A stretch of DNA of 32,000 nt from an uncultured Actinomycetes bacterium (lineage in GTDB: Bacteria; Actinomycetota; Actinomycetes; S36-B12; CAIYMF01). Numbering within the stretch: position 1 is the stretch's first letter; every line of letters begins with the position of its first letter. Where the stretch lies: positions 2,580,001 to 2,612,000 of the forward strand of contig CAWJMG010000003.1 of the NCBI GenBank assembly GCA_963843975.1, in the 5' to 3' direction. This document shows positions 7,606-15,771 of this stretch, piece by piece. Below the pieces are notes generated by a model. The model worked only from the letters and a program-made list of their open reading frames with translations, had not been told where the DNA came from and did no database searches. The translations under genes and the position numbers were made by a program.

Positions 7606-8653
7606 ATGTCCCTCGACGAGGTCGACGCCCGGCACAGCCGGCCGACCATGAAGGACGTGGCGGCGCTCTCGGGCGTGAGCATCAAGACCGTCTCGCGCGT
7701 GGTCAACGGCGAGGCCGGCGTCTCCCCCGACGTCGCCGAGCGGGTGCTCGCCGCGACCGTGAAGCTCGACTACCGCCGCGACCTCAGCGCGAGCAGCCTC
7801 CGGCGCGGCGACGGAAAGAGCCAGACGATCGGGCTCCTGCTCGAGGACGTCGCCAACCCGTTCTCCTCGGCCCTGCACCGCGCGGTCGAGGACGTCGCGC
7901 GCCAGCACGGGGTCGTGGTCTTCGCCGGGAGCGTGGACGAGGACCCCGACCGGGAGCGCGATCTTGCCGCCGCACTGGTCGCGCGCCGCACGGACGGGCT
8001 CATCATCGTGCCGACCGCGCCCGACCAGTCGTACCTAGCGCGCGAGCGCCGCAACGGGACACCGGTGGTGTTCGTCGACCGACCGCCCGTGCAGCTCGAC
8101 GCCGACCACGTCGTCACCGACAACGTCGCGGGTGCCCGCGACGGCACCACGCATCTGGTCCGGAACGGGCATCACCGCATCGCCTTCCTCGGCGACCTCT
8201 CCACGATCAGCACGGCCCGCGAGCGGCACGACGGCTACGTCGAGGCGCTCGGCCTGGCCGGGCTGCCCGTCGCCGCCGAGCTGGTACGTCGCGACCTCCG
8301 CACCGCGGAGCAGGCGCAGGCAGCAGTCGAGGAGGCTCCAGGCGCTCGCGGACCCGCCCTCGGCCGTGTTCGCGAGCCAGAACCTCGTGACCGTCGGTGC
8401 GCTGCGCGCCCTGCGCGAGGCCGGGCTCCACCGCACCATCGCCGTCGTCGGCTTCGACTCCTTGCCGATGCAGGACCTGCTCGACCCCGGCGTCACGATC
8501 GTGGAGCAGGACGTCCGCAAGCTGGGGTCGCTGGCGGCCGAGATGCTGTTCCGCCGCATCGCCGGCGACACCTCCCCCGCCCGCCGCGTCGTGCTGCCCG
8601 CCACGCTGACCGAGCGCGGCACCGGCGAGATCCCCGGACCTTTCGCACGCTGA
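7606..8653 (+). pseudogene. LacI-family transcriptional regulator interrupted by a 1-nt frameshift near 8335
   Basis: HTH MKDVAALSGVSIKTVSRVVNG and the N-terminal core are in frame 1 up to ...TAEQAQAAVEE (codon ending 8334). The conserved C-terminal core (LQALADPPSAVFASQNLVTVGALRALREAGLHRTIAVVGFDS...) continues in frame 2 from 8336 to the TGA at 8651-8653. Start is uncertain (ATG 7597, 7606 or 7648). Confidence 0.8.
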
Positions 8654-8738
8654 CGCGGCCGGCACCCCCGTGCGGGATGATCGGAGCGAGGTTGCGATCA
8701 TTCCCCTGCCCCAACCGCCTGAACACGGGAGCTCCGCC

Positions 8739-9656
8739 ATGACCGTCGTCGTCGCCGGCGAGGCCCTCGTCGACCTCATCCTCCGACCCGATGGATCGAT
8801 CACGGCCGTGCCCGGCGGTGGCCCGTTCAACGCTGCGCGCACGCTGGCGCGCCTCGGCGTTCCGACCGTCTTCCTCGGCGGGCTGTCAGCCGACCGCTTC
8901 GGTCACGACCTGCGCACCCGGCTCGAGGAGGACGGCGTCCTCCTCGGCATGCCGACGCCGCTCAACCTCCCGACCACCCTCGCCCTGGCCGAGCTCGACG
9001 AGGGCGGTGCCGCGAGCTACCGGTTCTACTTCGCCGGCACGTCCGCGCCGCTGGTGACGGGTGACGACGCGCGCGCTGCGTTCGACTCCGCCGCGACCGT
9101 CCTGCACGTGGGGACGCTCGGCCTGGTGTTCGAGCCCATGGCCACGACGATGGAGTCGCTCGTCGCCGGCATCGGCGACGACGTGCTCGTGTTCGTCGAC
9201 CCCAACTGCCGCCCGCTCACCATCCCCGACCGCGACGCCTACATCGCACGCCTGCACCGCGTGCTCGCCCGGGCCGACGTCGTCAAGGTGTCCGGCGACG
9301 ACCTCGACTACCTCGCCCCCGGCGTCGACGGCGTGCAGGCCTGCCGCGACCTGCTCGCCCTCGGGCCGCAGGTCGTGCTGTTCACCGACGGTGCCGAGAC
9401 CGTCCGCGTCCTCATCCGCGGCGGCGGCGAGTTCTCGGTGGCCGTTCCTCCTGTCGCCGTGGTCGACACCGTCGGCGCCGGCGACTCCTTCGGCGGCGGC
9501 TTCCTCGCCACCTGGGTCGACGCCGGGCTCGACCGCACCGCCCTCGGCGACGTGGCAGCGCTCCAGCGCGCAGTCGAGCGAGCCGTCGTCGTCGCAGGCA
9601 TCACCTGCACCCGCGCCGGCGCCGAGCCGCCCCGCCTCGCCGACCTCCCCGCCTGA
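8739..9656 (+). CDS. PfkB-family carbohydrate kinase (fructokinase-like), 305 aa
   Basis: Start ATG 8739 (MTVVVAGEALVDL...) with GGGAG upstream. PfkB signature DTVGAGDSFGGGFL near the C-terminus. Confidence 0.85.
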   Translation: MTVVVAGEALVDLILRPDGSITAVPGGGPFNAARTLARLGVPTVFLGGLSADRFGHDLRTRLEEDGVLLGMPTPLNLPTTLALAELDEGGAASYRFYFAGTSAPLVTGDDARAAFDSAATVLHVGTLGLVFEPMATTMESLVAGIGDDVLVFVDPNCRPLTIPDRDAYIARLHRVLARADVVKVSGDDLDYLAPGVDGVQACRDLLALGPQVVLFTDGAETVRVLIRGGGEFSVAVPPVAVVDTVGAGDSFGGGFLATWVDAGLDRTALGDVAALQRAVERAVVVAGITCTRAGAEPPRLADLPA

Positions 9657-9722
9657 CTCGAGTTACTGCCCAAAGTGGGGTAACTCGACTGTCCAAAGCC
9701 CCACTCTGGGCAGTAACTCGAG
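9657..9722. repeat. 66-bp near-perfect palindrome (probable terminator or structured element)
   Basis: Arms 9657-9680 (ctcgagttactgcccaaagtgggg) and 9699-9722 pair at 23/24 positions, with an 18-nt centre. It starts on the base after the kinase stop codon and is less GC-rich than its surroundings. Confidence 0.7.
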
Positions 9723-9756
9723 GGATCTGGAGGGGTCGGTGCGCTCGGCCCGGGCC

Positions 9757-9762
9757 TAGGTT
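9757..9762 (+). promoter_or_regulatory. -10 box TAGGTT positioned for a leaderless vdh-like transcript
   Basis: TAGGTT (TAnnnT), a 6-nt spacer gggggc, then the ATG at 9769. No convincingly spaced SD. Confidence 0.4.
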
Positions 9763-9768
9763 GGGGGC

Positions 9769-10856
9769 ATGACGCTGCCTCTTGCGCTGCTCGAGCACGA
9801 GCAGGTCGTCGTCGGCCACGACGCGGCATCGGGCCTGCGCGCCGTCGTCGCGATCCACTCGACCGCGCTCGGCCCCGCCCTCGGCGGCACCCGCTTCGTG
9901 GCGTACGCCGATCTCGACGCCGCGATGGACGACGCTCTCGCCCTCGCGCGCGCCATGACCTACAAGAACGCGCTTGCCGGCCTTCCGCACGGCGGCGGCA
10001 AGGGTGTGATCCTCGGCGACCCGCAGCGCGACAAGACCCCCGAGGCTTCCTCGAGGCGTACGGCCGGCTCGTCGCGTCCCTCGGCGGCCGGTACGTCACG
10101 GCGTGCGACGTCGGCACGTACGTCGCCGACATGGACGTCGTCGCCCGCGTGAACCCGTGGACCACGGGGCGCTCGCCCGAGAACGGCGGCGCAGGCGACA
10201 GCGGCGACCTCACCGCGGTCGGCGTCCACCACAGCCTCAAGGCTGTCGCCGAGCACCTCTGGGGCACGCCGTCGCTCGCCGGCCGCCGCGTCGCCATCGC
10301 CGGGGTCGGCAAGGTCGGACGCCGACTGGCCGGCCACGTGCTGGCCGAGGGCGGCAGCGTCCTCGCGGCCGACGTGTCCGCGGACGCCGTCGAGCGGCTG
10401 CGCGCCGAGCACCCCGAGGTCGAGGTGGCCGGGAGCGCCGACGACCTCGTCGAGGCGGACGTCGACGTCCTCGCCCCCTGCGCTCTCGGCGGGATGATCA
10501 CCGGCGAGGTGGCCGAGCGCCTCACCGCCCGGGCGGTGTGCGGGGGCGCCAACAACCAGCTGGCCGAGCACGGGCTCGTCGACCGCCTCGCCGAGCGCGG
10601 CGTCCTGTTCGCCCCCGACTTCCTCGTGAACGCCGGCGGCGTCGTGGCGGTGGGCGCCGAGTACGCCGGGCGTGGCACGTACGACGACGTCGCTGCCCGG
10701 GCGCGGGCGCGGGCCATCGGCGACACGCTCCTGGACGTGCTGCGCCGCGCCGAGGCCGCCGGGACGACCCCGCTCGCCGCGGCTGAGGCGCTGGCCGAGG
10801 AGCGGATCGCGGCTGCCGCGCCCCGCCCGCCGTTCGCCGGGGACCCGGGCCGCTGA
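9769..10856 (+). pseudogene. Leu/Val/Phe dehydrogenase (valine dehydrogenase-like) with a 1-nt frameshift near 10045-10047
   Basis: Frame 1 gives ...[23 protein letters not shown], including the catalytic-Lys motif. The conserved continuation [32 protein letters not shown]..., with the Rossmann motif IAGVGKVG, is in frame 3 from 10047 to the TGA at 10854-10856. Confidence 0.8.
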
Positions 10857-10951
10857 CCTGCGGGGACGTCGGGCAGGCGGTGCCACCGGGGCCGCGACAC
10901 GGCCGAGTGCGCTGCGGGCGAACCCCGGTCGAAGCGGCCCGCCGCTGCGAC

Positions 10952-10957
10952 TATGCT
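10952..10957 (+). promoter_or_regulatory. possible -10 box (TATGCT) for the DUF3073 gene
   Basis: An isolated TAnnnT hexamer in a GC-rich intergenic region, about 87 nt upstream of the ATG at 11044. No clear -35. Confidence 0.3.
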
Positions 10958-11043
10958 GGGCAGCCGAACCACTGGCGGCACCACCCCGGTGGGCTGTCAT
11001 GTCGGTCGCATCCGGGGCACTGAGCCCCAGAGGGGGTCACGCC

Positions 11044-11265
11044 ATGGGTCGTGGCAGGGCCAAGGCCAAGCAGACCAAGGTCGCTCGCGAGCTCAAGTAC
11101 GGGTCGGTCAACCCCGACCTCAACCGGCTGCAGGCTGAGCTGGCGGGCGGTCACCACGACCTCCCCGCGGCTCCCGCCGCAGCGGTCGAGGACGACGAGG
11201 ACGACGACGACCTGTACTCCAAGTACATCGACGAGGACGACGACGAGGACGCGGACGCGCGCTAG
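11044..11265 (+). CDS. DUF3073-family protein, 73 aa
   Basis: MGRGRAKAKQTKVARELKY... with an Asp/Glu-rich tail, as in the conserved actinobacterial small protein found next to purM. SD AGGGGG upstream. The track ORF (10672..) is over-extended. Confidence 0.85.
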   Translation: MGRGRAKAKQTKVARELKYGSVNPDLNRLQAELAGGHHDLPAAPAAAVEDDEDDDDLYSKYIDEDDDEDADAR

Positions 11266-11287
11266 ACGCAGCCCGCCCCGAGCATTC

Positions 11288-11323
11288 GACGGCGCCGGAC
11301 CCCCGAGGGGGTCCGGCGCCGTC
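11288..11323 (+). terminator. strong GC hairpin after the DUF3073 gene
   Basis: gacggcgccggaccccc / gggggtccggcgccgtc, about 16-17 bp perfect stem, 23 nt after the stop. Confidence 0.6.
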
Positions 11324-11341
11324 GTCGTCTGCGGGCGTCCA

Positions 11342-11417
11342 CCCCCAGCTGACACTGATCAATCCGTCGTTACCCGGCCCGGGAAGCGACGGATTGATCA
11401 GGTTCAGCAGTGGGGGG
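11342..11417. repeat. palindromic intergenic repeat, copy A
   Basis: Core 11355-11408, ctgatcaatccgtcgttacccggcccgggaagcgacggattgatcaggttcagc, is 48/54 identical to 22761-22814. Outer flanks cccccagctg / cagcagtggggg also pair. The right end abuts the purM stop (11418-11420). Confidence 0.75.
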
Positions 11418-12566
11418 TCAGTGGGCGTGGGCGTTGACCAGGCTGACCGAGCCGCCGTTGCCGCCCTTGGCGGCGGCGTCGCCCGTCTCGCCCTCGGCCC
11501 GGGCGCGGGCCTCGCCGAGCACCCAGGCGTCGACGCCGCGGGCTGCCAGGCGGGCGAGGGCGGCGTCGACCGAGGACGGCGCGACCATCGCGATCATGCC
11601 GACGCCCATGTTGAACGTCTTCTCGAGCTCGGGCAGCGCGACCCGGCCCATCTCGCCGACGAGGGTGAAGATCGGGTGCGGGGTCCAGGTGGACCGGTCG
11701 ATGCTCACGTGGATGTCGGAGGGAAGCACGCGCGCAAGGTTGGCCGCGAGGCCGCCGCCGGTCACGTGCGAGACCGAGTGGACGTCGACCTCGGCCGCGC
11801 GCGCGAGGTCGAGCACGTCGAGGGAGTAGATGCGCGTCGGCTCGAGCATCTCCTCGCCCAGGGTGCGGCCGAGGACGTCAATGTGCGCGTGCAGGTCGAG
11901 GCCGCCGGTGGTGAGCAGCACGTGCCGTGCGAGCGAGTAGCCGTTGGAGTGGAGGCCGCTCGCGCGCATCGCGATGGCGACGTCGCCCACGCGCACGCGG
12001 TCCGGCCCGAGCAGGTCGTCGGCGTCCACGACGCCGGTGCCGGCCCCCGCGACGTCGTACTCGTCGGGTGCGAGCAGGCCGGGGTGCTCCGCGGTCTCGC
12101 CGCCGACCAGAGCGCAGCCGGCCTGGCGGCAGCCCTCGGCGATGCCGGACACGATCGCGGCGATGCGCTCGGGCACGACCTTGCCGGTGGCGATGTAGTC
12201 GGTCATGAACAGCGGCTCGGCGCCGCACACCACGAGGTCGTCGACGACCATCGCGACGAGGTCGATGCCGATCGTGTCGTGCTTGTTCATGCGCTGCGCG
12301 ACGACGACCTTGGTGCCGACGCCGTCGGTGGAGGTCGCGAGCAGCGGACGGTTGTACTTCTTGATCAGCGAGACGTCGAAGAGGCCCGCGAAGCCGCCCA
12401 TCTCGCCGACGACCTCCGGGCGCTGTGCACGCGCGAGCGAGGCCTTCATGAGGGCGACGGCGTGCTCGCCCGCCTCGACGTCGACCCCGGCAGCGGCGTA
12501 CGTGGCGGAGGGGCCGGAGGACGCGCGGACGACGGCGCCGGCGAGGGCCGGGTCGAGCTCGCTCAC
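11418..12566 (-). CDS. purM: phosphoribosylformylglycinamidine cyclo-ligase (AIR synthetase), 382 aa
   Basis: GTG start at 12566 overlaps the purF stop (GTGA). Recognised by recall of PurM homologues from GGFAGLF, LLATSTDGVGTK and HVTGGG. The track ORF is extended by 125 Arg-rich codons. Confidence 0.9.
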   Translation of the reverse strand: MSELDPALAGAVVRASSGPSATYAAAGVDVEAGEHAVALMKASLARAQRPEVVGEMGGFAGLFDVSLIKKYNRPLLATSTDGVGTKVVVAQRMNKHDTIGIDLVAMVVDDLVVCGAEPLFMTDYIATGKVVPERIAAIVSGIAEGCRQAGCALVGGETAEHPGLLAPDEYDVAGAGTGVVDADDLLGPDRVRVGDVAIAMRASGLHSNGYSLARHVLLTTGGLDLHAHIDVLGRTLGEEMLEPTRIYSLDVLDLARAAEVDVHSVSHVTGGGLAANLARVLPSDIHVSIDRSTWTPHPIFTLVGEMGRVALPELEKTFNMGVGMIAMVAPSSVDAALARLAARGVDAWVLGEARARAEGETGDAAAKGGNGGSVSLVNAHAH

Positions 12567-14167
12567 GGGCGGTCGAGGGCGTCGGCCGCACCGCCGCCGG
12601 CGACGAGCGTGGTGAGCCCCTCGACGTCGAGGACGGTCTGGGGGTGGTTCTCGACCTCGATCACGGCCTCGGACGCGAGCACCTTGGACTCGAGCTGGTC
12701 GAGCCCCTCGAGCAGGTGCTTGCCGAGCAGCTCGGGCTCGGGCAGCTCGATCGGGTAGACGCCGTCGAAGCAGGCGCGGCAGAGGCGGTCCATCGCGACG
12801 CCGGTGGTCTCGACGAGGCCCTCGAGCGAGACGTAGCCGAGGGAGTCGGCACCGATCGCGGTGCGGATCTCGTCGACCGCCAGGCCGTTGGCGATGAGCT
12901 CGGCGCGGGTCGCGAAGTCGATGCCGTAGAAGCACGGCCACTTCACGGGCGGGCTCGAGATCCGGACGTGGACCTCGAGCGCTCCTGCCTCGCGCAGCAT
13001 TCTCACGATCGCCCGCTGCGTGTTGCCGCGGACGATGGAGTCGTCGACGACGACGAGCTTCTTGCCCTGGACGATCTCGCGCAGCGGGTTGAGCTTGAGC
13101 CGGATGCCGAGCTGGCGCAGCGTCTGCGACGGCTGGATGAACGTGCGGCCGACGTAGGCGTTCTTCACCAGGCCCTGGGCGAACGGGATACCCGACTCTT
13201 GCGCGTAGCCGACCGCAGCGGGGGTGCCGCTCTCGGGCACGGGGATGACGAGGTCGGCGTCCACCGGGAACTCACGCGCGAGCTGGCGGCCGACCTCGGC
13301 GCGCACGCCGTGGATCGACCTGCCGCTGATCGTGGTGTCGGGTCGGGCGAGGTAGACGAACTCGAACAGGCAGCCCTTGGGGGCAGCCTCGGCGAACCGG
13401 CTGGAGCGGAGCCCCTGCTCGTCGATCGCGATGAGCTCGCCGGGCTCGATCTCACGCACGAACGAGGCGCCCACGATGTCGAGGGCCGCCGTCTCCGACG
13501 CCACGACCCAGCCGCGCTCGAGCCGACCGAGGGTCAGCGGGCGGACGCCCTGCGGGTCGCGGGCGGCGTACAGCGTGGTGTCGTCCATGAAGACGAGCGA
13601 GAACGCGCCCTTGAGCAGCGGCAGCTCCTCCATCGCGGCGGCCTCGAGGGAGAGGTCGGGGTGCGAGGCGAGGAGCGAGGTGAGCAGGTCGGTGTCGGAC
13701 GAGCTGCCGAGGCTGGTGCCGAGGGGCAGCTCGCCGTTGGCCTCGGCGCGCTCACGGACACGGCGGGCGAGGTCGTGGGTGTTGGTGAGGTTGCCGTTGT
13801 GGCCGAGCGCGACGTGGCCGGTGGCGGTGGCGCGGAAGGTCGGCTGCGCGTTCTCCCATGTGCTCGCACCCGTGGTGCTGTAACGCGTGTGGCCGATCGC
13901 GAGGTGCCCCTGCAGGCTCTCGAGCGAGGCCTCGGTGAAGACCTGCGAGACGAGGCCCATGTCCTTGTAGACCACGGTGCGGGAGCCGTCGCTGACGGCG
14001 ATGCCGGCCGACTCCTGGCCACGGTGCTGCAGGGCGTAGAGCCCGAAATAGGTGAGCTTCGCGACCTCCTCGCCGGGGCCCCAGACTCCGAAGACGCCGC
14101 AGGCGTCCTGGGGGCCCTTCTCACCGGGGAGCAGGTCGTGGCTGAGCTTGCCGTCGCCTCGCCGCAC
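12563..14167 (-). CDS. purF: amidophosphoribosyltransferase, 534 aa
   Basis: N-terminal propeptide then CGVFGVWG (Ntn Cys); YALQHRGQESAGIA. The N-terminus matches the actinobacterial form (RGDGKLSHDLLPGEKGPQDAC). Confidence 0.95.
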   Translation of the reverse strand: MRRGDGKLSHDLLPGEKGPQDACGVFGVWGPGEEVAKLTYFGLYALQHRGQESAGIAVSDGSRTVVYKDMGLVSQVFTEASLESLQGHLAIGHTRYSTTGASTWENAQPTFRATATGHVALGHNGNLTNTHDLARRVRERAEANGELPLGTSLGSSSDTDLLTSLLASHPDLSLEAAAMEELPLLKGAFSLVFMDDTTLYAARDPQGVRPLTLGRLERGWVVASETAALDIVGASFVREIEPGELIAIDEQGLRSSRFAEAAPKGCLFEFVYLARPDTTISGRSIHGVRAEVGRQLAREFPVDADLVIPVPESGTPAAVGYAQESGIPFAQGLVKNAYVGRTFIQPSQTLRQLGIRLKLNPLREIVQGKKLVVVDDSIVRGNTQRAIVRMLREAGALEVHVRISSPPVKWPCFYGIDFATRAELIANGLAVDEIRTAIGADSLGYVSLEGLVETTGVAMDRLCRACFDGVYPIELPEPELLGKHLLEGLDQLESKVLASEAVIEVENHPQTVLDVEGLTTLVAGGGAADALDRP

Positions 14168-14176
14168 GGGTGCAGT

Positions 14177-14908
14177 CTACGTGCCTGGGCGGACAGCTCC
14201 GACAACGGCGTGCCAGGCATCTGCCATCGGGTCGACGACGCCGAAGTGTCCGCAGCCCGGGATCTCCACCAGCCGGGCGCGCGAGTGCGTCGCGGCGTAC
14301 GACCTGGCCTGGCTCACCGGGACGATGTCGTCGTCGACCCCGTGCACCAGCGTGACCTGCGACGACGGCGCCGGCAGCAGGACCGGGTCGAGATCCGGCC
14401 GAGTCGACGCCGGACCGCCGAGGAACGCCGCGGCGGCCCCCGAGCCGAGGCCGTCGGCCTCGGCCAGGGTGAGCGAGGCCACGCCGCCGAGCGAGATCGT
14501 CAGCACGAGCCCGGGCGCGGCGGCGGCCGCAGCCGCCCAGAGCGCGAGGTGCCCGCCCGCGGAGTGGCCGAGGACGACCACCCGGCCGTCGTGGCGGTCC
14601 GCGAGGAGACCGGGCAGCGCTGCGAGCGCGGTGGCCACGTCCGAGGTCGTGGCGTCCGGGTCTCCGGGGATGCGGCGGTACTCGGGCGCAGCGACGGTCC
14701 AGCCCTCGCGGGCGAGACCCTCGGTCGTGGCCCGCACGTGCACCCGGTCGTACGCCGGCCGCCAGAACCCGCCGTGGATCAGCACGACCAGCGGCATCGC
14801 GGGGTCGCCGTACCGGACGTCGGCGACGTCGTCCTCGCCCTGCCCCCAGTGCACGACGGCGTCGAGCGGCGTGGACGGGCGGTCGAGGACGGATTCGTCG
14901 TCAGGCAT
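14177..14908 (-). CDS. alpha/beta hydrolase (esterase/formamidase-like), 243 aa
   Basis: ATG at 14908 (MPDDESVLDRP...). HGGFW oxyanion-type motif and GHSAGG nucleophile elbow. TAG stop is 9 nt before the purF start. Confidence 0.8.
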   Translation of the reverse strand: MPDDESVLDRPSTPLDAVVHWGQGEDDVADVRYGDPAMPLVVLIHGGFWRPAYDRVHVRATTEGLAREGWTVAAPEYRRIPGDPDATTSDVATALAALPGLLADRHDGRVVVLGHSAGGHLALWAAAAAAAPGLVLTISLGGVASLTLAEADGLGSGAAAAFLGGPASTRPDLDPVLLPAPSSQVTLVHGVDDDIVPVSQARSYAATHSRARLVEIPGCGHFGVVDPMADAWHAVVGAVRPGT

Positions 14909-14933
14909 GGCCCATCCTCGCGCGACGGCGGGC

Positions 14934-15761
14934 CTACGGCTCGGCGGTGACGGCCTTCGTGGTGCCGGTGGTGTCCGAGAGCCGCATCGCGAGGTAGACC
15001 GGCACGATGAACGCGACGAGCAGCGCCGCGGCGACCGCGTTGACGATGGGGCCCTGGTTCGGACGGAAGAGGTTGTTGAAGATCCACTGCGGCAGCGTCT
15101 CGATGCCCGGGCCGCTCGTGAACGTCGTGACCACGATCTCGTCGAACGACAGCGCGAACGCGAGTAGCGCACCGGCGACCAGCGCCGAGCGCACAGCCGG
15201 GAACGTGACGTTCTTGAAGGTCTGGAACGGCCCGGCGCCGAGGTCCATGGACGCCTCCTCGAGGCTCGTGCCCGTACGACGCAGGCGCGCGAGGACGTTG
15301 TTGAACACCACCACGATGCAGAAGGTCGCGTGGCCGAGCACCACGGTGAAGAGGCCGAAGCTGATGCCGAGCGGCACGAGCACGGTGTTGAACGACGAGT
15401 TGAGCGCGATACCGGTGACGATTCCCGGGAGCGCGATCGGCAGCACGACGAGGAAGCTGATCGGCTCTCGGCCGAAGAAGCGGTAGCGCGCGACGGCGAA
15501 GGCGACCATCGAGCCGAGCACGAGGGCGATGAGCGTCGCGCCGAAGCCGGCCTTGAGGCTGGTCAGCAGCGCCTCGCGCACGCCGTCGTTGGTCGCGGCC
15601 TTCTGCCACCACTCGAGGGTGAACGACGTCGGCGGCCACGAGAACGTCTTGGACGCGTTGAACGAGTTGACGAGGACCACGAGCAGCGGCACGTAGATGA
15701 ACGCGAGGACGCCGGCGGTGATGACGCCGAGGATCCAGCGAGCGCGTCGGGAGATGGTCAT
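14934..15761 (-). CDS. polyamine-type ABC transporter permease (PotC-like), 275 aa
   Basis: ATG at 15761 (MTISRRARWILG...). Polytopic membrane protein, PotC-like by recall. Confidence 0.85.
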   Translation of the reverse strand: MTISRRARWILGVITAGVLAFIYVPLLVVLVNSFNASKTFSWPPTSFTLEWWQKAATNDGVREALLTSLKAGFGATLIALVLGSMVAFAVARYRFFGREPISFLVVLPIALPGIVTGIALNSSFNTVLVPLGISFGLFTVVLGHATFCIVVVFNNVLARLRRTGTSLEEASMDLGAGPFQTFKNVTFPAVRSALVAGALLAFALSFDEIVVTTFTSGPGIETLPQWIFNNLFRPNQGPIVNAVAAALLVAFIVPVYLAMRLSDTTGTTKAVTAEP

Positions 15762-15771
15762 GCCCGCCGCC

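Noticed and set aside
9308-10984. 558-aa minus-strand ORF over the kinase 3' end, the palindrome and the dehydrogenase
   Set aside because: The translation is Ala/Arg/Ser/Pro-rich, and it runs through an obvious non-coding palindrome. The plus strand carries recognisable enzymes.
12644-14950. 768-aa plus-strand ORF across purF and the hydrolase
   Set aside because: It is antisense to two well-supported genes, has low-complexity Arg/Gly/Asp/Glu composition and has no recognisable domain.
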